Source: an uncultured virus (IMG/VR IMGVR_UViG_3300034082_000804) (taxonomy: Duplodnaviria; Heunggongvirae; Uroviricota; Caudoviricetes). Taken from it: a stretch of DNA of 64,000 nt. Positions 30,440-36,695 of this stretch are shown piece after piece (positions within the stretch are counted from its first letter, which is position 1; every line of letters begins with the position of its first letter). The stretch spans positions 1 to 64,000 of the IMG/VR virus record IMGVR_UViG_3300034082_000804, one strand, 5' to 3'. Under the pieces are notes generated by a model. It was not told the DNA's origin. It did no database searches and saw only the letters and a program-made list of their open reading frames with translations. The position numbers and the translations under genes are program-made.

Positions 30440-31564
30440 ATGAAAATATTTGAAGTTACTGAAAAAGTTACCAGTTCTGAACGAGTTAGATATAACAGCG
30501 AAATAGCTATGCTACTAGCATTCACTGGTGGTGAATTAAAATCATTTAATCCAGCTGCTCCGGAAGAATCAATTCCGGCTGTATCTTTAGCTAACCCTCA
30601 AGAAGTATATGAAGGAATTAAACGTTTTTTAGCCCCTAACTTCGATCCTGTTTTATTTGAAAAATGGTATGCTAGAACTTTAAACTATATTCCAAAAATT
30701 CAAAATAAAATGGACGTCACTCCTAACCAATATACTTGGGCAGCTGGACAGAATAAAGCAGATGATGCAGCCGATATAGGATTTGTGGGCACATTAGAAG
30801 CTGGAGTTAGCGTTAAAGATGTGGGCGGTATTACGTTATCAAATCTGACTCCGGACGCAGTTGGTCTTGGTGGTGGCGGTGATGTTATTGCTAAACATGC
30901 CGCTCCTGAATTTGCACATTTAAAAACAGTTGTATTCACAGAAGTAATGAAATTAGCCTTAGCATCACCTGACAAATTGTTATCTTGGCACACTAAACAC
31001 CAAAAATATTACATTACATATAGTACTGAAAAGAAAAAGTTTATTGTTGTTGGAAAAGGCGGCGGCGAGTCTGTGCAAACCGTTGAATTAACTCAACAAG
31101 AAATATTAAGTCAGGTGGCAACTAACAAAGATTGGCAACGTCCGTTTGGTGATTGGGCTGTGGCCAATTGGAAAAACCCAGTTCTTCAAGCCGCTGCTCA
31201 ACCATTGATTAACAAAGTCGCTGGCGATTTTGAAAAGATTATCGAAACAACCTTACAGGATAACGCTAAATTAGCAAATTTATTGCGCTTTGCGGCCAAA
31301 CCGTACTTCTATGCTACTACAAAAAACTTATTCTATGTACCAACACTAGCAACAGTCAATGAGTTAAAAGTTAAAAATGTGTATTTCGCCAGACCAAACG
31401 GTTGGACATTAAAATTCTTAGCAGACATTGGCCGAGAAGATAGCGAACAGAGCGCACGTGTTGAAATTCATATCAGATATGCCAATGGTATGTTTGCTTG
31501 TAATCCTACCGTGCGTGTACAAAGTCTTAAACTTCCACAGTTTATCAGCTGGGAACTCTTGTAA
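30440..31564 (+). CDS. Hypothetical protein, possible PD-(D/E)xK nuclease
   Basis: AADIGF...GVSVKD motif; MKIFEVTE N-terminus; adjacent to a DNA methyltransferase. Confidence 0.4.
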   Translation: MKIFEVTEKVTSSERVRYNSEIAMLLAFTGGELKSFNPAAPEESIPAVSLANPQEVYEGIKRFLAPNFDPVLFEKWYARTLNYIPKIQNKMDVTPNQYTWAAGQNKADDAADIGFVGTLEAGVSVKDVGGITLSNLTPDAVGLGGGGDVIAKHAAPEFAHLKTVVFTEVMKLALASPDKLLSWHTKHQKYYITYSTEKKKFIVVGKGGGESVQTVELTQQEILSQVATNKDWQRPFGDWAVANWKNPVLQAAAQPLINKVAGDFEKIIETTLQDNAKLANLLRFAAKPYFYATTKNLFYVPTLATVNELKVKNVYFARPNGWTLKFLADIGREDSEQSARVEIHIRYANGMFACNPTVRVQSLKLPQFISWELL

Positions 31565-31592
31565 TTTAATTCAATTGACTGTATAATACAGT

Positions 31593-32534
31593 ATGACTCT
31601 CAAACCTGTAAACGCACATCTTGACAGTGTTACCATCGGTGATGTTGAACTTCACAAACTAATCACGACAGCAGAACTAGATAAAGATCTAAAGAATCTA
31701 GACAAGTTTGATGCTGAGTCTAACGCCAACAACTTTGCTGGCAATCCTTTCTTATATCATTTTCAGTTTAAGAACTTATTAAACTGCCGTAGAAAAGATG
31801 GCAAGACCATATATGATATTTGGAACGATAAACCAGAGTGGGATAAGTTAATAGACAGCACACGTAAACGTAACCGAGGCGGGCGCACTGCCGCTGGCAA
31901 TGTGTTTGAATGTTTCCGTATTAACCTAGGTAGTATTGTGATGTTCAAAGCAACTACTGCCAAGTATCTTTATAAGAAGTACAATGCTACTAGTGTCTTA
32001 GATCCAACAGCAGGATGGGGCGGAAGACTATTAGGTGCTTGGAGTTTAGGCATAGACTATACAGGCATTGACACTAACGTGGAAATGAAACCTGCGTATG
32101 AGAATATGATCACATTCTTAGATGAGTATACAGGATTTAAGAATAAGAATTTCAAAGTTGAACGTAACGGACAGCGCCAAATGATATGGGATAGCTGTTT
32201 AGCAGTAGACTTTAGTAAGTTGGACTACGACTTTGTATTGACTAGTCCGCCATACGTTAATTTAGAACTGTATGAACACATGACTCCTTGGGAAAAGGAT
32301 GAAGACTTTTATACTAACTTCTTTATTCCCTTGTGGGCAAAATGTTGTAAGCATATTAAACAGGGCGGCAACGTTGCGTTTAACATTAGTCCTAAGATGT
32401 ATGAAGATGCGCTCAAGCATGGACTAACACCTTGTGATGAGGAAGAAGACCTACTACAACAAATGGGTCAGAAGAAAGAGCTGTTGACCACAGGCAAAAA
32501 GAAACACGATAAGATTTATATTTGGCATTGTTAA
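31593..32534 (+). CDS. Amino (N4-C/N6-A) DNA methyltransferase
   Basis: LDPTAGWGGRLLG (motif I) and LTSPPY (motif IV); promoter TTGTAA-17-TATAAT at 31559-31587. Confidence 0.8.
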   Translation: MTLKPVNAHLDSVTIGDVELHKLITTAELDKDLKNLDKFDAESNANNFAGNPFLYHFQFKNLLNCRRKDGKTIYDIWNDKPEWDKLIDSTRKRNRGGRTAAGNVFECFRINLGSIVMFKATTAKYLYKKYNATSVLDPTAGWGGRLLGAWSLGIDYTGIDTNVEMKPAYENMITFLDEYTGFKNKNFKVERNGQRQMIWDSCLAVDFSKLDYDFVLTSPPYVNLELYEHMTPWEKDEDFYTNFFIPLWAKCCKHIKQGGNVAFNISPKMYEDALKHGLTPCDEEEDLLQQMGQKKELLTTGKKKHDKIYIWHC

Positions 32535-32542
32535 AATAATAG

Positions 32543-32571
32543 TTGACAATGACACAAAAAGGCCATATAAT
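32543..32571 (+). promoter_or_regulatory. Sigma70 promoter P1 of the tRNA region
   Basis: TTGACA-17-TATAAT. Confidence 0.85.
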
Positions 32572-32614
32572 ATACATATATTTTAAGTAAGACATAAATA
32601 AATTAACAAACAGG

Positions 32615-32643
32615 TTGACAGGCTAATAAATAGACTGTATAAT
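32615..32643 (+). promoter_or_regulatory. Sigma70 promoter P2 of the tRNA region
   Basis: TTGACA-17-TATAAT. Confidence 0.85.
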
Positions 32644-32686
32644 AGTTTTTATAGTAAGAAATTAATTAAAGGAATGCGAAAGCAAA

Positions 32687-32818
32687 ATGTTTAACCAGCT
32701 ACATCAATTTAAAATATCGAAACAAGTGTGCGCACTTGCCACGATGTCTTATTGGTCAGCGATTGAGACATTAGGCAATGATCGCACACCGAATAGTATC
32801 TATGGGGATCTTAGTTAG
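32687..32818 (+). CDS. Putative attenuator leader peptide (43 aa, all 20 amino acids)
   Basis: MFNQLHQFKISKQVCALATMSYWSAIETLGNDRTPNSIYGDLS*; SD AAAGGA at 32668-32673; 3' end overlaps the antiterminator. Confidence 0.7.
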   Translation: MFNQLHQFKISKQVCALATMSYWSAIETLGNDRTPNSIYGDLS

Positions 32819-32859
32819 AGTTTATATATAATATAAATGAATTTTAATTAAGAACCCTA
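32803..32859 (+). promoter_or_regulatory. Putative antiterminator hairpin
   Basis: 32809-32825 pairs with 32837-32853 (17 contiguous pairs, 4 of them G-U); 32803-32807 pairs with 32855-32859. This takes up the terminator 5' arm. Confidence 0.7.
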
Positions 32860-32889
32860 AGATCGAAAGACTTAGGGTTTTTTGTTTTA
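32853..32889 (+). terminator. Intrinsic terminator upstream of the tRNA array
   Basis: AACCCTAAG-A-TC-GAAA-GA-CTTAGGG followed by TTTTTTGTTTT. Confidence 0.85.
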
Positions 32890-32890
32890 T

Positions 32891-33092
32891 GTGTCTCGGA
32901 AACGAGGTCCAGGCAAGGCACATTAAAGATAGTATGTTAAACGGGCGGACAAGTGGATGGCATGTTCTTATGTGAACAGAAAATACTTGTTATAATAAAG
33001 TACATTAATTGGCAACTAGGTCCCACGCAATGTGGATTATGTCAGAGGCGAGTAATTAGTGTGCTTTATTATACGCATTCATATGAGTGCGT
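32891..33092 (+). ncRNA. Candidate structured ncRNA
   Basis: No ORF in the track; several stems, including a 20-bp stem 32991-33010/33054-33073. Confidence 0.5.
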
Positions 33093-33099
33093 TAACAGT

Positions 33100-33181
33100 T
33101 TGTAGATAGTCCTGTTGGGCCAGGAGCCTAGCCATGCTAGGTCAAGATCGCAACTTGTTGGGTTCGATTCCCAGTCTACAA
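33100..33181 (+). ncRNA. tRNA-like RNA with a collapsed anticodon loop
   Basis: Cloverleaf with a GGTTCGATTCC T-arm and long V-arm; 5-nt CCATG loop; no encoded CCA. Confidence 0.55.
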
Positions 33182-33236
33182 TTTAACACGGCTCCTATCT
33201 ATTGCCTACAGGGATAGCTTAGGAGTTATTTTATAA

Positions 33237-33315
33237 CTCAGTGTCGTATAGCCAGGCCTATTATGCGTGCTTTGGGAGCATGAGATCGTTGGTTCGAATC
33301 CAACCACTGAGACCA
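33237..33315 (+). tRNA. tRNA-Pro(TGG)
   Basis: Cloverleaf, loop TT-TGG-GA, encoded CCA. Confidence 0.9.
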
Positions 33316-33322
33316 AGTTTAT

Positions 33323-33407
33323 GGAGGTGTAGGAAAATTGGTAACCCCAGCGGACTGTAAATCCGCCGCCCCTGGCATTGTTGGTTCAAGTCCAACCGCC
33401 TCCACCA
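33323..33407 (+). tRNA. tRNA-Tyr(GTA)
   Basis: Loop CT-GTA-AA, long V-arm, CCA. Confidence 0.9.
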
Positions 33408-33413
33408 TATAAC

Positions 33414-33489
33414 GGAATGATAGCTCAATTGGTAGAGCAAGATGCTTTTAACGTCGAGGTTTAGGGTTCAAGTCCCTATCGTTCCACCA
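33414..33489 (+). tRNA. tRNA-Lys(TTT)
   Basis: Loop CT-TTT-AA, CCA. Confidence 0.9.
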
Positions 33490-33494
33490 GTAAT

Positions 33495-33572
33495 GGTCTG
33501 TTAGAATAGTTGGCCTACTTCGCCTGCCTGTCACGTAGGAGATCACGGGTTCGAATCCCGTACAGACCGCCA
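33495..33572 (+). tRNA. tRNA-Asp(GTC)
   Basis: Loop CT-GTC-AC, GCCA end. Confidence 0.9.
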
Positions 33573-33580
33573 AAAAGATG

Positions 33581-33609
33581 TTGACAACTAACAATATAGA
33601 ATATATAAT
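33581..33609 (+). promoter_or_regulatory. Internal sigma70 promoter in the tRNA array
   Basis: TTGACA-17-TATAAT. Confidence 0.85.
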
Positions 33610-33624
33610 AGTTGTATAGTTAAT

Positions 33625-33699
33625 AGCGGGGTGGGGAAGTGGCAACCCGTCGGGCTCATAACCCGAAGATCGGCAGTTCGAATCTGTCCTCCGCAACCA
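33625..33699 (+). tRNA. tRNA-fMet(CAT), initiator
   Basis: GGG/CCC anticodon stem, unpaired 1:72, CCA. Confidence 0.88.
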
Positions 33700-33704
33700 G
33701 TAAT

Positions 33705-33780
33705 GCCGGATTAGCTCAGTTGGTAGAGCAGCGCACTTGTAATGCGAAGGTCGTCAGTTCGATTCCGACATCCGGCACCA
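33705..33780 (+). tRNA. tRNA-Thr(TGT)
   Basis: Loop CT-TGT-AA, CCA. Confidence 0.92.
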
Positions 33781-33786
33781 GTTTAG

Positions 33787-33862
33787 GCTCCCATCGTCTA
33801 GAGGCCTAGGACACCCGCCTTTCACGCAGGTAACACGAGTTCGAATCTCGTTGGGAGTACCA
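33787..33862 (+). tRNA. tRNA-Glu(TTC)
   Basis: Loop CT-TTC-AC, CCA. Confidence 0.88.
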
Positions 33863-33867
33863 AACAT

Positions 33868-33952
33868 GCCTCTGTGGTGGAATTGGTATACACGCTGGTC
33901 TTAGAAGCCAGTGCCGAAAGGCTTGAGAGTTCGAGTCTCTCCGGGGGCACCA
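33868..33952 (+). tRNA. tRNA-Leu(TAG)
   Basis: Loop CT-TAG-AA, V-arm, CCA. Confidence 0.92.
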
Positions 33953-33955
33953 AAT

Positions 33956-34029
33956 GCGGGATTAGTATAATGGTATTATGACAGCCTTCCAAGCTGATGA
34001 CGAGGGTTCGATTCCCTTATCCCGCTCCA
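33956..34029 (+). tRNA. tRNA-Gly(TCC)
   Basis: Loop CT-TCC-AA, TCCA end. Confidence 0.92.
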
Positions 34030-34032
34030 AAC

Positions 34033-34238
34033 ACTAGCTTTACACTTTGCGCTTTATCGAAAGTGGGTTATTGCCAATACCATAACGGCAGGGTACACAC
34101 GATGGTCTAGACCATACCACAAGTCCCATTGCCGGGAGCCTTGAAAGTATCGTGGGTGTTTTACTGTTTTTAACCACAAAGCAAACAGGCGGACAGGGTA
34201 ACTACTCAATCTAGGGCCAGGTGGTGCTGGTAGCTAGT
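34033..34238 (+). ncRNA. Candidate structured ncRNA (about 205 nt)
   Basis: Closed by ACTAGCT/AGCTAGT with several internal stems; lies between two tRNAs. Confidence 0.55.
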
Positions 34239-34246
34239 CCTTACAC

Positions 34247-34322
34247 GGGGGTGTAGCTCAGTTGGGAGAGCGCATGCTTTGCAAGCATGATGTCGCAAGT
34301 TCGATCCTTGTCACCTCCACCA
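34247..34322 (+). tRNA. tRNA-Ala(TGC)
   Basis: Loop TT-TGC-AA, G3:U70, CCA. Confidence 0.92.
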
Positions 34323-34329
34323 TACAATA

Positions 34330-34404
34330 GGACGGTTAGCTCAGCGGTAGAGCAGGGCCCTTACAAGGCCAAGGTCAAAAGTTCAATCCTTTTACTGTCC
34401 ACCA
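34330..34404 (+). tRNA. tRNA-Val(TAC)
   Basis: Loop CT-TAC-AA, CCA. Confidence 0.9.
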
Positions 34405-34411
34405 AGTTTAT

Positions 34412-34486
34412 TCCGAAGTAGCGTAGCGGTAGCGCAGAAGACTGTTAATCTTTTGGTCGGTGGTTCGATCCCACCCTTCGGAGCCA
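34412..34486 (+). tRNA. tRNA-Asn(GTT)
   Basis: Loop CT-GTT-AA, GCCA end. Confidence 0.92.
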
Positions 34487-34494
34487 TTTTAAAT

Positions 34495-34569
34495 AGTCTG
34501 TTAGCTCAGCGGTAGAGCAGGGTGTTGATAACGCCAAGGTCAGTGGTTCAATCCCACTACGGACTACCA
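34495..34569 (+). tRNA. tRNA-Ile(GAT)
   Basis: Loop TT-GAT-AA, CCA. Confidence 0.9.
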
Positions 34570-34603
34570 ATTAAGTTGTTCTTTTCAATCAAAGGTGAAT
34601 ACT

Positions 34604-35074
34604 ATGAAAAAACTAGACATAAACCAAGTGCGTGACTTTATTCAAGCACAAAGTCTAGAAACCAAAGTCTACATTGGTGGTGACAGTCGACGTTTCCGTA
34701 AGAACGGACAATGGCATGCTGAATATACCTTGGCTATTGTAGTACACATTGATGGGAAACATGGCTGTAAGATCTTTGGTGAAAGTAGTACTGAAGTGGA
34801 CTACGATCAAAAACGTAGTCGCCCAAGTATGCGCCTAATGAACGAAGTCTACAAAATTAGTGAACTGTACTTAAAGCTACACGAAGTATTAGAAGACCGT
34901 GAAGTTGCTGTACATTTGGACATTAACCCAAACGAACTACATGGCTCAAGCTGTGTAGTACAACAGGCTATTGGTTATATCCGCGGAACATGTAACGTTA
35001 TTCCAATGGTTAAACCAAACGCCTGGGCAGCTAGTTATGCGGCTGATCGTTTAAAAGAAATTATAGCAGCATAA
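34604..35074 (+). CDS. RNase H-like YkuK-family protein
   Basis: VYIGGDS, RLMNEV, VHLDIN, ASYAADR pattern; track start 34595, ATG 34604 preferred. Confidence 0.7.
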   Translation: MKKLDINQVRDFIQAQSLETKVYIGGDSRRFRKNGQWHAEYTLAIVVHIDGKHGCKIFGESSTEVDYDQKRSRPSMRLMNEVYKISELYLKLHEVLEDREVAVHLDINPNELHGSSCVVQQAIGYIRGTCNVIPMVKPNAWAASYAADRLKEIIAA

Positions 35075-35081
35075 GTTTAAT

Positions 35082-35156
35082 TGGGGTATGGTGTAATTGG
35101 CAACACAACACACTTTGACTGTGTCGTTTCAAGTTCGAGTCTTGATACCCCTGCCA
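35082..35156 (+). tRNA. tRNA-Gln(TTG)
   Basis: Loop CT-TTG-AC, GCCA end. Confidence 0.9.
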
Positions 35157-35158
35157 GT

Positions 35159-35402
35159 TTTGTTAGTGTGTGTACAGTAACCGTTATGTGACTATAGATT
35201 ATACTTAATCCTTCTATAGTGTACCCGATGTCTGTAGCAACATATCTTAGGATATGTCTGTTGGTGAATTAAGTGTAGTCAACGACTAACAAATTTAAAC
35301 AGTATCGGCCACGCCTCTTAACAATGCGCAACATGGTAAGCTGGATTTACAGCTAAAACTTGAGGACGCTCAAGGCTTCGGTCTTCCGGTGGGATAACCA
35401 CC
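35159..35402 (+). ncRNA. Candidate structured ncRNA(s)
   Basis: TTTGTTAGT/ACTAACAAA closing stem (35159-35293), then four small hairpins at 35339-35402. Confidence 0.45.
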
Positions 35403-35409
35403 AATCTAT

Positions 35410-35485
35410 TCCGGTGTAGTGTTAACGGCTAGCACGATGGTCTCCAAAACCACAAGACGCGGTTCGAATCCGTGCACCGGAGCCA
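35410..35485 (+). tRNA. tRNA-Trp(CCA)
   Basis: Loop CT-CCA-AA, GCCA end. Confidence 0.9.
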
Positions 35486-35493
35486 AACATAAT

Positions 35494-35544
35494 TTGTACA
35501 GTATAATGTACAAAATACCCCAAAATTGTACAGGATACTGTACA
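35494..35544. repeat. Two copies of a 19-bp imperfect palindrome
   Basis: TTGTACAGTATAATGTACA (35494) and TTGTACAGGATACTGTACA (35526). Confidence 0.7.
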
Positions 35545-35560
35545 CTTTAATATATAAAAT

Positions 35561-35637
35561 GCAACGGTACCAGAGTGGCCTAATGGCAAGGACTGCAAAT
35601 CCTTTGTACGTCGGTTCAAATCCGACCCGTTGCTCCA
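35561..35637 (+). tRNA. tRNA-Cys(GCA)
   Basis: Loop CT-GCA-AA, TCCA end. Confidence 0.92.
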
Positions 35638-35642
35638 ATTAT

Positions 35643-35719
35643 AGAGATGTAGCATAGTGGCCTAATGCACTTGCTTCATACGCAAGCTACCGTAGGTTCA
35701 AATCCTACCATCTCTACCA
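35643..35719 (+). tRNA. tRNA-Met(CAT), probably elongator
   Basis: Loop TT-CAT-AC, paired 1:72, CCA. Confidence 0.8.
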
Positions 35720-35720
35720 C

Positions 35721-35799
35721 GCCCCCATAGCTCAGTCTGGACTAGAGCATAACGCTACGAACGTTAGTGTCGGAGGTTCGAATCCTTCTGGGGGCTCCA
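35721..35799 (+). tRNA. tRNA-Arg(ACG)
   Basis: Loop CT-ACG-AA, CCA. Confidence 0.92.
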
Positions 35800-35808
35800 A
35801 ATAAAATG

Positions 35809-35872
35809 TTACTGAGCAGTAATATTTGCCGTCAAACCCGGCTAAATCAGTTCAAATATTACTGAGCAGTAA
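35809..35872. repeat. Long hairpin bounded by two TTACTGAGCAGTAA copies
   Basis: 14-bp repeat at 35809 and 35859; CAGTAATATTTG/CAAATATTACTG inverted arms. Confidence 0.7.
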
Positions 35873-35881
35873 GATTAAAAT

Positions 35882-35956
35882 GCGGATATAGCGTAGCAGG
35901 AAACGCACGTGCTTGCCAAGCATGAGTCACGAGTTCGAATCTCGTTATCCGCTCCA
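35882..35956 (+). tRNA. tRNA-Gly(GCC)
   Basis: Loop TT-GCC-AA, TCCA end. Confidence 0.92.
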
Positions 35957-35958
35957 AT

Positions 35959-36033
35959 GGTGTCTATAGTGTAGCGGCAACACTAAGGATTGTGATTCCT
36001 TCATCACGGGTTCGAACCCCGTTAGACACCCCA
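35959..36033 (+). tRNA. tRNA-His(GTG)
   Basis: Loop TT-GTG-AT, G-1:C73, CCA. Confidence 0.9.
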
Positions 36034-36034
36034 C

Positions 36035-36063
36035 TTGACAAGTCAACCAAATGACTGTATAAT
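36035..36063 (+). promoter_or_regulatory. Sigma70 promoter
   Basis: TTGACA-17-TATAAT; ATG 6 nt downstream. Confidence 0.85.
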
Positions 36064-36069
36064 ACGCTT

Positions 36070-36312
36070 ATGAATGATGAAGAACAATTAGCATGGGACA
36101 TATTAAGCACGCCAAATAATGCGGACTTTAAGAATTATCGCAGACAGCATCGTATGACATGGTTAACCAAAGACCGTAAGATATTGTTGATCAGAGACAT
36201 GGAAACAGCACACATCATAAGTTGCGTTAATATGTTAGAAGCATTGGGGCAAGAAGAAACCTTGGCCTATAATGGCCTAATAGATGAACTAAGAAAGCGA
36301 GGACAAGAATAA
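36070..36312 (+). CDS. Hypothetical protein
   Basis: 80 aa; WLTKD...IRDMETAHI. Confidence 0.65.
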   Translation: MNDEEQLAWDILSTPNNADFKNYRRQHRMTWLTKDRKILLIRDMETAHIISCVNMLEALGQEETLAYNGLIDELRKRGQE

Positions 36313-36695
36313 TGGACTTTACCATTGACTCAGAGTACTTAACAGATGTAACAATTCGCAAAGAATGGAACACTTATACACAGAATGGTCGCGTACCAAC
36401 TAATGAAGAACTTATTTTAATTATTCAAGGTAAAGGTGTGTGTTCAACTACACACTCAGAAGACCATCCGGAGTTTGCTAAGTTGCGTGAGCAGTTAGGC
36501 GAGTTGGGTTATATTGAGATTCAACGCAGTTGGTGGAATGGAGATAGAGTTCTAAAGCCGTTCAAACTTAACGGCAGAAAGTTCAAAGAGGGTGATCAGT
36601 TTAGTTGTGGTAGTGCAATGGGTAATCATCTTATTGTACGTGCCAAACACCCGGAATATTATAAGGATGAATACGATGATGAAACCATGGATTGA
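36312..36695 (+). CDS. Hypothetical protein
   Basis: 127 aa; start overlaps the upstream stop. Confidence 0.65.
   Translation: MDFTIDSEYLTDVTIRKEWNTYTQNGRVPTNEELILIIQGKGVCSTTHSEDHPEFAKLREQLGELGYIEIQRSWWNGDRVLKPFKLNGRKFKEGDQFSCGSAMGNHLIVRAKHPEYYKDEYDDETMD

Noticed and set aside
32674..32694. Alternative mini-ORF MRKQNV* overlapping the leader start
   Set aside because: Its ATG abuts the SD with zero spacing, so initiation is unlikely.
35494..35544. LexA SOS boxes
   Set aside because: The orientation is ACAG...CTGT rather than CTGT-N8-ACAG.
35809..35872. Mini-CRISPR array
   Set aside because: Only two 14-bp repeats, the spacer ends are themselves inverted repeats, and there are no cas genes in the window.
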